Origin: Candidatus Sumerlaeaceae bacterium
Lineage (GTDB): Bacteria; Sumerlaeota; Sumerlaeia; Sumerlaeales; Sumerlaeaceae
DNA length: 64,000 nucleotides
NCBI GenBank assembly: GCA_051003195.1
Contig: JBPCLP010000047.1
Location: 160,401 to 224,400, forward strand
Direction: 5' to 3'
Shown one piece after another: positions 49,458 through 59,506 of this stretch. A program made the translations under genes and the position numbers. Position 1 is the first letter of the stretch. Each line of letters opens with the position of its first letter. The notes beneath the pieces are model-generated. The model made no database searches. It saw only the letters and a list, made by a program, of their open reading frames with translations, and was not told the origin of the DNA.

Positions 49458-52400
49458 TTACTTTCCCTGCCGTCCATTCGCTTTGATCACCGAATCCGAG
49501 ATGACGCGTTTGGTCAGGTCACCTTCTAAGCCGTTCGGCGCCCGGTAGCGAGCGGTGACCCGGTATCCGCGAACGGTTTCCGTCCGATTGGTCATGCTGG
49601 CCGTTAGGTCCATGACAAACTCCTTAAGCTCTTCAAGGGAACAAAACCGCACCTTCGCCAATGCACTTTCCTCAAGCTGCTTCAGGGCGAGCTTCTTAAT
49701 TATGTCGAGGTGCTTTCTCTCGGTCGCGAGAACGAGAATATGATCGAAACCCGCCGCGAGACATTTTCTGATGTTTTGGATTTCGTGACCGGCCGAGGTG
49801 GTGACCGAGACCTCGCATCCAATCCGGCAGCCATTCCGTTCCATGACAATATCGACACTTCCCGTGCCATCGGCGGTCGGTTGTTCAATGGTTGCCCGCC
49901 AGCCCATCCCTTCGGACCATAGCTTGATCTGGTTCTGGATCCGCTTGTGATCCATGCCGCCCCGGCCCAGGTGGGCCGGGGCGGCAGCAACCGTTCTCTT
50001 TTGCCGTGGTATAGCGTGTATGACGCCTTCTGGGCTGGCGATTGGATTGGGAATGACTGGCTCAACCGCCACGGTTTCAGAAACTTCGGGATGCAGCGGA
50101 TCAGGCGGTCCTGCGGATAACGGTTCGGATGGAGCCACGGCATGCGAAGTTGCTTCGGTAGGTTCGGACACTGAAGCGGACATTGTCCTCGGCTGCTTCG
50201 GAACTCTTCCGTTCGTTGGCTTGCGGGCAACTTCGAGTGCATCCAGCTCCCGTTCCAATGCAGCATCCACTTCAGCACGTGTGGCGGCATACTTGCTTCG
50301 GCTGGATTCAATGATCGTCTCCCGATTTGCCGTGGCACAACCCGGCTCAATACTCTCAAATCGTGGAACGGCCAGGTTGAAGTCATTATCCGCCCGGCCA
50401 ATCCGGGCAATGGCTTGTCCGGTGGCCAGATTCAGGAAGTCTTTCGGCTCGAAAAAGGAAAAGCCCGCCGCCAGTTTGACGGCATCGGCATCCCCCAGCC
50501 GGAAGCAGATTCGGGTGTGTGGATTCGCCAGGAGAGAACCGGCGAATTCAGATTGCCCAAGCTGCCGCAATTCCTGATGGGCCAGGGTCAATCCCAGTTT
50601 GTATTTGCGGACTCCCGATAAGATAGAGACCATGCTTGGACAGAGAAAATGGTGGCACTCATCGACAGTGAGCCAGAACGGCCGCCGTGCTTCCTGCGCC
50701 GTGCCTTGCCGGGCTAGCGCAATCTGGTGGAATTTGGAAAGGAGCAGCGTCCCAAGTAAATACGCGTTTTCTTCTCCGATTGCCCCTTGCGATAGCCGAG
50801 CGAGAAAGATTTTCCCGGAATCCATGATGTCTGCAAAGTTGATCCGGTTTCCCTTCTGTGCCACCATGCGGCGAATCAGCTTGGGTCGAAGAAAACTATC
50901 AAGTCGGGTCAGAATTGGTCCAAGCGAACCCCCGCCCTTGAGCAAGGGAAACTCCCGCTTCCAATAGTATGCAATTTCGCGGTCCTGGATCGATGGAAGA
51001 AAGTTTTCCCGGTAGTGCGTGTCGACAAGGAAACGGCGGAGATCAGCAAGCGTACCTCCGCGAGTGCTCTCCAGAAACGCGAGAATGGCATTCGCAAATA
51101 CCGAATTCATCTGGTCGCCCCAGCTGGTTGACTGCCGGCGAAAGATAGCAACAAGATCAGAAGCGAGGAGATTCTTTTCGAGCTCAGAGTGCGCCTGGAG
51201 GATATTGAAACCAACAGGCCATTCTTCGTCGCCGGGATCGACCAGGACGACATCATCGAGCCGTTCCTTGGGAATCCGAGCAAGGATTTCATCGATCAGG
51301 TCACCGTGTGGGTCGAGCACACCTACGCCTTCACCCCGTTCAATGTCTTGAAGGATAAGGTTCAGCAAAAAAGTACTCTTGCCAGTCCCGCTGGCTCCCA
51401 GCACGTACATGTGGCGCGTGCGCTCGTCCGCTGTCAGTGATACATCGCCTGTCTTGCCCAGATGCTCATTGATCCCGAGCACCAATTTTCCATTTGCAGT
51501 CGCTGGTGCGGCTTTTGTTCGGCTCACTTCACGAATCAGCTTGCCCGATCTAACCGATGCGGATGGTGGATGAACCAGTGAAGCCAGCTCTTCACTGGAC
51601 AGTAGCATCCCGCTGCGGTGCGAACGACGCGCGAGCAGATCGTCCCGATGCTCGATATCATCGTAGTCTTCGTTGGTCAAAGGGATGAGCGCATTGGTAT
51701 CGGGACTGCCAAACTGTGCCAGACCGCTACCGATGGCTTGGAGGAGCTCGAATGGCTCGTCGTCGCCCATGGCCGCAAGGCGAATGCTCGCGGAGTACAG
51801 TGGTGAGCCAATTTTTCGCCGCGCCGCAGCCGGAAGCTCAGGTAACGTCGCGAATAGCTGTCGGCCATTGGAATCCATAACCGCTCGTAGGACGCTTTCG
51901 GCCCAGGGATAACGAACTGGCTGAAAGAGCACCTGGACGACGGCAAGTTCGTCATCACGCAAAGTACTCATTGCGCCGACGAGGGCTACGAGAGGATCTG
52001 GACTAAAGCCGCCAGCAATTCGTAGCGGCACCATGAACTCTCGTCGCAGTCCAAAGTCTACGATGCTTGCATAACGGCCCGATCGCTCCCAAACTTCTGA
52101 GAGAAAGTCGCGTTTCTCAGTCAATACCGCTTCCGGGAAGTACGACGCGAGCTGGTTACGTACTTCGCGCAGGTGATGCTCGCGACAGATTATCTGGATG
52201 ACAATGCTCTGCGACGTGCCGATGATCTCAAAACTCATAGGACAAGCGCAGTAGCCGAGTGCGGCCAGAAACAGTTCGGCTTCCGACCGGCCAATGGAAA
52301 GAGTTGGTGGCAACGCGAGCTGGATTTCGACCAGTGCGCTGTCGACGCCTTCGCCAAACGGTTCGGGCCCATACTCCGGCAATTCAATTTCCGGTTCTGG

Positions 52401-52694
52401 CTCTGGTTCGCGGACGCGGTAAACCCAGCGTTCAATTCGGTTTGCAAGCACACTCCAGATAGTCGGTTTTCTCAGATCGTCTACATAAGGCCGTAGACTA
52501 GGTGGCTGGAAAAGAAACGGCGTGAATGGCGGTTCAAGTGTCACCGCTTCGGGCCAGGTCAACCACCCACGACCACGGATTTCCCATTCATAAAACTGCT
52601 CCCGAAAATGATCCGCCTGCGTTTTCACATCCGGCGCTTGCGGTAGAAGTCGTAGAGAATTGGACTCCGTTCCATCTCGGTCAGGGGCCGACAC
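49458..52694 (-). CDS. VirD4/TraD/HerA-like (type IV coupling protein-like) ATPase with C-terminal extension
   Basis: RHMYVLGASGTGKS (Walker A), VLDPHGDL, VDECH (Walker B) and LTLAHQ. Pro-rich linker and a D...ExS nuclease-like tail. Confidence 0.85.
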   Translation of the reverse strand: MSAPDRDGTESNSLRLLPQAPDVKTQADHFREQFYEWEIRGRGWLTWPEAVTLEPPFTPFLFQPPSLRPYVDDLRKPTIWSVLANRIERWVYRVREPEPEPEIELPEYGPEPFGEGVDSALVEIQLALPPTLSIGRSEAELFLAALGYCACPMSFEIIGTSQSIVIQIICREHHLREVRNQLASYFPEAVLTEKRDFLSEVWERSGRYASIVDFGLRREFMVPLRIAGGFSPDPLVALVGAMSTLRDDELAVVQVLFQPVRYPWAESVLRAVMDSNGRQLFATLPELPAAARRKIGSPLYSASIRLAAMGDDEPFELLQAIGSGLAQFGSPDTNALIPLTNEDYDDIEHRDDLLARRSHRSGMLLSSEELASLVHPPSASVRSGKLIREVSRTKAAPATANGKLVLGINEHLGKTGDVSLTADERTRHMYVLGASGTGKSTFLLNLILQDIERGEGVGVLDPHGDLIDEILARIPKERLDDVVLVDPGDEEWPVGFNILQAHSELEKNLLASDLVAIFRRQSTSWGDQMNSVFANAILAFLESTRGGTLADLRRFLVDTHYRENFLPSIQDREIAYYWKREFPLLKGGGSLGPILTRLDSFLRPKLIRRMVAQKGNRINFADIMDSGKIFLARLSQGAIGEENAYLLGTLLLSKFHQIALARQGTAQEARRPFWLTVDECHHFLCPSMVSILSGVRKYKLGLTLAHQELRQLGQSEFAGSLLANPHTRICFRLGDADAVKLAAGFSFFEPKDFLNLATGQAIARIGRADNDFNLAVPRFESIEPGCATANRETIIESSRSKYAATRAEVDAALERELDALEVARKPTNGRVPKQPRTMSASVSEPTEATSHAVAPSEPLSAGPPDPLHPEVSETVAVEPVIPNPIASPEGVIHAIPRQKRTVAAAPAHLGRGGMDHKRIQNQIKLWSEGMGWRATIEQPTADGTGSVDIVMERNGCRIGCEVSVTTSAGHEIQNIRKCLAAGFDHILVLATERKHLDIIKKLALKQLEESALAKVRFCSLEELKEFVMDLTASMTNRTETVRGYRVTARYRAPNGLEGDLTKRVISDSVIKANGRQGK

Positions 52695-53293
52695 TCCTTG
52701 GCGCCCGTCTGCGCATCGACCACTTCCATGATCGCAGCGTGTACCGCCGCCTCATACATCTTTTGGGTGTCCTGGCGGTAGTAGGTCGGCGGCGCGAAGT
52801 AGCGCTCCCAAAGGGGGCCAAATAGTAACACGGCGAAGAAGTATACGTTGGCCTCTCGCTCTGCCTGGCTGACGAAGAGTCCTGCCGCGAGCCATTCGAA
52901 GATGACCGCCAGTCCCGCGATCAGTGGACCCTGGAACAGTCCGAACCAATCATAGGACTGCATGACGGTAAAGGTGATTATCGCCCCGGCAGCAAGTGTT
53001 GGGAAAAATGGCGACGGTCGCCCCTCGGCAAACCACCAGGATACAAAGAAGCCGGTGCCGAACGGCGCAGCGCAGATGTCGATAACAAAGCGCCCACGCC
53101 CCGCGCGCAGGTATTCGCGGTAGGCGGAGAACATCCCGCGTTCCTGGTAATCAATCCGGCTGCGCCTTAAGTCCGGAACCTCTCGCTTTTTGACCGCCTT
53201 TTCGATCGCCTCCAAAAACTCTTCAGCTGACGCCTGAAACCCGTCGAAGAAATGATGCCAGTTCGATTGTGGTACATACCTCATCGCGCACAT
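52625..53293 (-). CDS. Membrane hypothetical protein preceding the VirD4-like gene
   Basis: 222 aa with 2-3 hydrophobic segments; GAGGAG RBS. Confidence 0.7.
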   Translation of the reverse strand: MCAMRYVPQSNWHHFFDGFQASAEEFLEAIEKAVKKREVPDLRRSRIDYQERGMFSAYREYLRAGRGRFVIDICAAPFGTGFFVSWWFAEGRPSPFFPTLAAGAIITFTVMQSYDWFGLFQGPLIAGLAVIFEWLAAGLFVSQAEREANVYFFAVLLFGPLWERYFAPPTYYRQDTQKMYEAAVHAAIMEVVDAQTGAKECRPLTEMERSPILYDFYRKRRM

Positions 53294-53414
53294 AGGCTGC
53301 TCCTCATGGCTGTACGGCCGGGGTTAGGCCAACAAGTCTTATAGCTATCTGCGCATTGTCAAGCAGACCGCGAAATAACTTGATGATCTGTTAGACGATG
53401 GCTAAGGTATTGTA

Positions 53415-54743
53415 ATGAAGTCGCTGCTTGCCTTCACAGCCTGCTTAATAGTCACAACACCCTTGGCCGCCAAAAAGGCGCATTCAAATGACGTCATCCG
53501 GCTGCTGACAGGGGTCGCGGCTGCTGCTGCCCAGCAGCAGGGACAACAACAGCAACAGGCACAGTACACAAATTCTCAAAGTGAACAATCGCAACTTTTT
53601 ACCGCGGAGGCTCAGGCTGCGTATAAGAACGGCTGCGACCTGCTTGATGCCAAGCAGTATCGGGATTCAGTTGGATATTTCGATACCGTCATCAGGTTGG
53701 AGCCGCAGTTCGCCAAAGCGTATAATTGCCGGGCCACGGCCTGCCGGTTTCTGGGCTATTTCGAATTTTCCAGGCGTGACGTAGGGACGGCCCTTAATCT
53801 CAACCCACAGTATGTCATGGCCTTGCTCCAGCGAGGGCTGCTCGAACTGCTGGATGGTAATGACGCGGATGGCAATCGCGACATAAATCAGGCCTATGCA
53901 TCGCGGCCGGCCCTGGCGGCAGACTTCGAGTCCCAAGCTGCACTGTGTCGGCAGTATGCGCGGGCGAAGCAATTGATCAGTACGGGACAGCCCCAGGAAG
54001 CGCTTTCCATCCTGGCCGGTTTCATCGAAACCTTTCCCGAATGCTACTCAGGTTATCTGTTGCGGGGAACGGCCAACCGCGCTGCTGGCAATTCGGCCCC
54101 CGCGATAGACGATCTGACTAAAGCTCTTGCGTCAAACAACAAAGACGCCACCGCCTATGGGGAGCGGGCGTTTGCGTTAGCCGCAACTGGCGAGGAAAAG
54201 CAAGCCCAGGAAGACTTGCAAAAGTGCCGAGAAATTGACACGGTAGTCGCCAATCGATATGAAGTAGATGTCCAGAAATTGCTTAAAAAGTTCAAGCCGG
54301 CTGAGACTCCGAAAGAAGTTGCTGCTGCCCCAGTCCAGACTGCGCCACCCACTCCCGAACCAGCACCAACAGAATTACCGAGTCCTCAATCAACAACTAC
54401 ACCGATACCAGAGAGTAAGGAAGCCCTTCGTCGGAAGCAGGTTGATGTCGCGACACCATCTCCCATTCAAAAAGCACCGGAACTGTCGGTGGTCCCTCAA
54501 CCAGTACAGACGTACGCGCGAAGCGATACTTTTTTGCAGCGTGTCCGCCAGACACCCCCTCAGACAGAGATGCCCAGATCAGGAATCAATCGCATAAGCC
54601 AACGGTTCAATTTTGAACGGCTGACCGCGCGCTCTATTTTCAAGTACAGTTGCGCCCTGGTTGGTTTGGTTGCGGTAATTGGACTGATCTGGAGGAAACA
54701 AACACCAGAACGCCGTGGACAAATAGAAAGAAGCGAACGCTGA
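53415..54743 (+). CDS. Secreted TPR protein with Pro-rich linker and C-terminal TM anchor
   Basis: Signal peptide, poly-A/Q stretch, TPRs, P/T-rich region, hydrophobic helix followed by RK. Confidence 0.8.
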   Translation: MKSLLAFTACLIVTTPLAAKKAHSNDVIRLLTGVAAAAAQQQGQQQQQAQYTNSQSEQSQLFTAEAQAAYKNGCDLLDAKQYRDSVGYFDTVIRLEPQFAKAYNCRATACRFLGYFEFSRRDVGTALNLNPQYVMALLQRGLLELLDGNDADGNRDINQAYASRPALAADFESQAALCRQYARAKQLISTGQPQEALSILAGFIETFPECYSGYLLRGTANRAAGNSAPAIDDLTKALASNNKDATAYGERAFALAATGEEKQAQEDLQKCREIDTVVANRYEVDVQKLLKKFKPAETPKEVAAAPVQTAPPTPEPAPTELPSPQSTTTPIPESKEALRRKQVDVATPSPIQKAPELSVVPQPVQTYARSDTFLQRVRQTPPQTEMPRSGINRISQRFNFERLTARSIFKYSCALVGLVAVIGLIWRKQTPERRGQIERSER

Positions 54744-54965
54744 CACTCACGGCAAGCTTCCAAACTGATTAAATCATGATTGAAGGGCCGTTGGGCCATT
54801 CAAGTGGCCCGAATATCTGGTCCGCAACCGTCTGCAGGCACGCCCCATCGGATTGAGCCAGGCGGATGAAATGCTCGTCCGCAGAATCTTGTGATTCTAA
54901 CAGAATTTTTTTTCTACCAGTAGTATAATACCTTTTGCAGCACACTTTCAAATCGGAGGACGGCG

Positions 54966-55319
54966 ATGAGCACATTTCGTATCATCAAGCCAAGCGCCTG
55001 TCAGACGGACATCGATCACGGCTTTAGGCGCGCATGGGGAATCACCCGCCAGGTTGCAGGCTCAGAGTTTCTCTCCATGGGCTATGGCAAGCTCCCGGTA
55101 GGAATTAGGGCAGTCGCGCATGAGCATGATGTAGAGACGGCCATTTACCTAACCCGCGGAATTGTCCGAGTTGATTTTGGGAACGGGTTGAAGGAGCACG
55201 CGATTGCCGGTGCGGGAGACTTCATTTTGATCCCAGCCCATGTCCCGCATGGACCGCTTGCCGTTGGTTCGGAAGACGTTGAGTATATTGTAGCCCGTGC
55301 GACACCGATTGCGGACTAA
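54966..55319 (+). CDS. Cupin domain protein
   Basis: AHEHDVETAIY...AGDFILIPAHVPH; GGAGG RBS. Confidence 0.85.
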   Translation: MSTFRIIKPSACQTDIDHGFRRAWGITRQVAGSEFLSMGYGKLPVGIRAVAHEHDVETAIYLTRGIVRVDFGNGLKEHAIAGAGDFILIPAHVPHGPLAVGSEDVEYIVARATPIAD

Positions 55320-55340
55320 TCCGAAAGACTGGGAAATCGA

Positions 55341-56318
55341 ATGGGCCATTTAGCAAAATACCTTTATTCTCTTCGGATTGAACGTGGATTCGAATCGGTT
55401 TCGGATTACCTGAGCGAATATCAGTTGCCCATTAGCCCTGCTTACTATCGTTCCTTGGAATCTGCGTCCGACGGGGGAAAGAACATCGCTATTGAGACCG
55501 CAGAGCGGCTCTGCGCAGCGCTTAAAGCCGATCAGACTCAATTCTTCCTGCACTTTTTGAAGGACCTTTTGCCGGCAGGTGTGTTTAAGGGCGTAATACG
55601 TGAAATCCCGCTAAAATCCTATGGCACGCTACGTGAACGCCGTGATATTAACAAACATGATGTTAAGATCTATCGCGAGGCACTTGCCAAAGCAATCGCA
55701 GCAGAAAGTTATATTCCCAGCGACGAAGTACTTCAGCAGTTCATTCAAAGAACCGACTGGTTGCCATTGTTGCACTATATCTATTTGGTCTCTGAAACTT
55801 CGAGAGAAGAACTCTGCCGGATTTGCAAAAACAATGGGATTCGTGATACAGTCGATGGAGTAATCTCGAAGTTGGTCGAACTTGGCGTCATTAAGGAGGT
55901 TGTCGAAAACGGTAAACACTTCGTTCGAAGAAACATGCCCATTTTTCGCGTCCCACTTACGGATTCCGGGAAAATTCTGAAGAATGTTTTTACAATTCGG
56001 GAGACCGAGCGAAGCATTGCTAAAGCTCGGACTTCTGATCCAGTCAGGGAAGACGGGTCGTTCATGCAGAATAAAATCGCCGCATACACTCCCGAAGCGG
56101 CTGAACGAATTCGGCGACGGATTCTAGACCTTTTGGCGGAGGAAGCGGCTGGTGGCGGGAATTTACAGAAGAATTCGCAGGTTTATTATTTTTCAGTCAT
56201 CGTTTCCTCGCGGCCCGAATACATGGCTGAAGCGCCGACCCAAGTAGAAAACGGTAAACACCCACCCACACGTATCAAAACAAAAAAGATAATAGAAAGG
56301 AAAAGATCCCATGCTTGA
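55341..56318 (+). CDS. XRE-like HTH + winged-helix protein (TIGR02147/DUF4423-like architecture)
   Basis: N-terminal LAKYLYSLRIERG...ISPAYYRSLE HTH; LVELGVI wHTH; C-terminal VYYFSV strand. Confidence 0.55.
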   Translation: MGHLAKYLYSLRIERGFESVSDYLSEYQLPISPAYYRSLESASDGGKNIAIETAERLCAALKADQTQFFLHFLKDLLPAGVFKGVIREIPLKSYGTLRERRDINKHDVKIYREALAKAIAAESYIPSDEVLQQFIQRTDWLPLLHYIYLVSETSREELCRICKNNGIRDTVDGVISKLVELGVIKEVVENGKHFVRRNMPIFRVPLTDSGKILKNVFTIRETERSIAKARTSDPVREDGSFMQNKIAAYTPEAAERIRRRILDLLAEEAAGGGNLQKNSQVYYFSVIVSSRPEYMAEAPTQVENGKHPPTRIKTKKIIERKRSHA

Positions 56319-57033
56319 TAGCCAACAGCTTTATTACGAGGAACCATATTCAACCGAACTTAAGTCCGAGGTGCTGGCGGTTGAACTTGGTGGTGGGAAC
56401 AATGCTGCTGTGGAGCTTGAAAAAACTATTTTTTATCCAGAAGGGGGCGGACAGCCAAGCGATCAAGGTGAAATTGTTGGTGCTCACGGGACTTTAAAAG
56501 TCGAACAAGTTCAAAACAAGGGCGGGCGCATATTACATCAGGGGAAATTGCTTGGGAAAATGGCGCCTGGCGAAGAAGTTCACCTAAGCTTGAAGTGGAG
56601 CCACCGCCACCATAACATGCGGGTTCATACTGCCGGCCATTTGGTTCACGACATTCTAATGCAGATAACCGACCAGTTGACTCCGAAAAAGGGATCCCAT
56701 GGAAAGAAAGCTTTTCTTGAATACCGTGGCAAATTTGATCCTAGCCGCAAAGACGAACTTCAGCAGCACGTCAATGACGCCGTAACGGCGAATCTGCCCG
56801 TCAAAATGAGTGAAAGCTCTTTTGAAGAAATTTCTGCTACCTGTCGGTTTGTTCCGCCTGGATTGCCGACAGGTAAGCCGCTTCGTACGCTCCAAATTGG
56901 GGAATTTGGACCCATGCCAGATGGAGGCGTTCACGTTAGAGGGACAGCGGAAATTGGTCAGGTCATAATTCAGGAGATTCTCCCCACTGATGAGGGGACA
57001 ATTGTCAAATACCGAGTATCCGGCGGAGATTAG
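56311..57033 (+). CDS. AlaX-family trans-editing (alanyl-tRNA deacylase) protein
   Basis: LYYEEPY, TIFYPEGGGQPSDQG, HTAGH and DGGVHV. Overlaps the upstream gene by 8 bp. Confidence 0.9.
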   Translation: MLDSQQLYYEEPYSTELKSEVLAVELGGGNNAAVELEKTIFYPEGGGQPSDQGEIVGAHGTLKVEQVQNKGGRILHQGKLLGKMAPGEEVHLSLKWSHRHHNMRVHTAGHLVHDILMQITDQLTPKKGSHGKKAFLEYRGKFDPSRKDELQQHVNDAVTANLPVKMSESSFEEISATCRFVPPGLPTGKPLRTLQIGEFGPMPDGGVHVRGTAEIGQVIIQEILPTDEGTIVKYRVSGGD

Positions 57034-57128
57034 TTCCTCCCATGCGCTAAAGTTCGGCGCAGGGCTGTCTGATTGGCAAACATCACTCATCTAACCCATA
57101 ATTGCAGTGTGACAGCAAGGAGTTCATA

Positions 57129-57395
57129 ATGAATTCACTGGAACGCGCGAAGCAAACAATTAGCGAGCTTCGCATAACGGTTGGACCAGGAGCGTCGTGG
57201 GAGCAGCTACAGTGCCCAAAATGTTTGGCTGATACCATTCTGTATCCAGATATAACTCTCCAATCTCAGTTGGAAGCTCATTGTTACTGCTGCGACCAAG
57301 TATTAAAAATCAACAAGTGCACTCGATGTTCGGGAGCAGCGGTAGAGCCAGCTCTGTGGTGCGATTACTGCTGTGAAGCAGTAGGGCTTCGATAA
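57129..57395 (+). CDS. Small Cys-rich Zn-finger protein
   Basis: Four CxxC motifs; AAGGAG RBS. Confidence 0.55.
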   Translation: MNSLERAKQTISELRITVGPGASWEQLQCPKCLADTILYPDITLQSQLEAHCYCCDQVLKINKCTRCSGAAVEPALWCDYCCEAVGLR

Positions 57396-57405
57396 GTTTA
57401 CATAA

Positions 57406-58215
57406 TCAGCTACGCTCGCAACCTGCGGCCGTTGTCTCTGCGCTAAACGGCCGCGAAACGATTCCATCGACCATGAGCTTGAGGTAGATGGAATAGTTTG
57501 GCAGCGCGACCAAGTCGCGCGCCAGGAACTCCGGTTTGAACTCCAACTCTAGGAGTTCAGCATCCAGAGCGCCCACACGGAACGCGATGATTGTTCCGAC
57601 ATTTCCGAGAATCGCATCACGCACTGGCTGGTCCGTTTGCGACAGAAATTGCTGCCCGAGCACCAAGCAAAGATGATACTTTCGTAGTTCACTCAACATG
57701 CTGGCGAGGCTTTGCGTGGCATACGTTTGGAACTCATCGAGAAATAGGTGGAAGTCTGGCCGCTCGGATTCACGGACATCGGCGCGGCTCATCGCTGCCA
57801 ATCCGATTCGCGACACCAGCAAGGCCCCGAGCAAGGCAGAGGCATCCCCTCCGATTCTTCCTTTGGACAAGTTAACTAACAGAATCTTGCGGTGATCCAT
57901 GACATCGCGCAGATCGAAGCTGCTCTTTGGCTTGAGCAGGATGCGTTGCAGAATAGGATCGGAGAGGAACGCTCCCACTTTGTTTTGGACCGGTGAGATT
58001 GCCTCGGCACGGAGACGTTCACCGTATCTCTCATACTCCTGTAGCCAAAAGTTCCGGACCTGCTCGTTGGAAACATTTTGGGCAACCGTCCGGCGATACG
58101 TCTGGTCGGCAAAGAGGCGCGGAATGTCTGCTAGTGTTGCCTCCGGTTGCTCCAGTAGTGCCAGAATGCAATTGCGCAGCACGTGTTCAAGCCTGGGTCC
58201 AAACGAGTCAGCAAA
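57406..58215 (-). pseudogene. 5'-truncated second VirD4-like ATPase
   Basis: SFGPRLEHVLRN, VNLSKGRIG, LDEFQ, LSELRKY and ILGNVGT are present. No Walker A; similarity stops near 58215. Confidence 0.75.
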
Positions 58216-58345
58216 ACGGGTTGCCCAGCAACTAACTTTGTATCGTAGCATTCCATTTGGAAGTTTTTGCGACTAAAACGATTTGTTCCTTCAGAATATC
58301 CAGATTCTTCGACTTTCGCTTAAAATACATCTTCAAGGATAGCAA

Positions 58346-59506
58346 ATGTCGGATCCCGTAGTTCCAATTGCGTCGCCGAAACACGAAGTCGCGTCAGACG
58401 AAAACCACCTCGAAGCTGGAATCGCGCTATGCTTGTCCGGTGGCGGATATCGGGCAATGGTATTCCATTGCGGCGTTCTACTGCGCCTCAATGACGCTAA
58501 TTACCTTTCACAGCTTAAGAGGATTTCGAGTGTGTCGGGAGGGTCAATCATGGCTGGCATGCTTGGGCTCAAATGGAAAACACTGAAGTTCAGCAACGGC
58601 GCTGCCACAAACCTGAGTGCTGAAGTAATCGAACCTATTTTTCGGTTAGCTTCGCGCACCATCGACAAATGGTCTGTGCTCGGAGGTATGCTACTACCTG
58701 GAACGGTAAGTGATAAAATTGCCGAAGCCTATGACAAACATTTGTTCGCCGGGGCGACGTTGCAGGACTTGCCTGCGGATGGCGACGGACCTCGTTTTGT
58801 TATAAATGCCACAAACGTTCAATCGGGCGCAATCTGGCGATTCTCGCGTCCCTATATGGGCGATTATCTCGTTGGCCGTGTCATGGCGCCCACCATTCGC
58901 CTCGCAACGGCTGTAGCCGCCTCTTCGGCTTTTCCGCCTGTGCTTTCGCCTCTCGATTTGGAGTTAAGTCATTCCGACTTTCAGCCGGATTCCGGGTGTC
59001 CACTCCAGCGACCGCCCTTTACCACCGATGTCGTTTTGACCGATGGCGGCGTTTACGACAATTTGGGCTTGGAGCCAATCTGGAAGCGTTATCGAACTAT
59101 CCTGATTAGCGACGCTGGTGGAAAGCTGGCGGCAGAGCCAGAAGCAAAGCACGATTGGGGCCGACATGTCTACAGAGTACTCGAACTGGTCGACAACCAG
59201 GTCCGTAGTTTACGCAAGCGGGATGCGATAGCTTCATTCGTCGATCAAAAAGACGACCACGACGGCACCTATTGGGGCATTCGAACCGATATTGCGGATT
59301 ATAAGCTGAGCAATGCATTGCCCGCGCCATTTGAAGCTACCATGCAATTAGCCAATACTCCGACTCGGCTTGAGCGGATGGATGAGCAGCTTCAGCATCG
59401 TTTGGCTAACTGGGGCTATGCTGTTTGCGACGCTGCACTGCGACGGCATCTTGATCCAAAGTTATCGGTCCCGGCTGGGTTTCCGTTCCCAGGCGGTGTG
59501 CAATGA
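58346..59506 (+). CDS. Patatin-like phospholipase
   Basis: LCLSGGGYRA, SSVSGGS, ASSAFP and DGGVYDNLG motifs. Confidence 0.92.
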   Translation: MSDPVVPIASPKHEVASDENHLEAGIALCLSGGGYRAMVFHCGVLLRLNDANYLSQLKRISSVSGGSIMAGMLGLKWKTLKFSNGAATNLSAEVIEPIFRLASRTIDKWSVLGGMLLPGTVSDKIAEAYDKHLFAGATLQDLPADGDGPRFVINATNVQSGAIWRFSRPYMGDYLVGRVMAPTIRLATAVAASSAFPPVLSPLDLELSHSDFQPDSGCPLQRPPFTTDVVLTDGGVYDNLGLEPIWKRYRTILISDAGGKLAAEPEAKHDWGRHVYRVLELVDNQVRSLRKRDAIASFVDQKDDHDGTYWGIRTDIADYKLSNALPAPFEATMQLANTPTRLERMDEQLQHRLANWGYAVCDAALRRHLDPKLSVPAGFPFPGGVQ

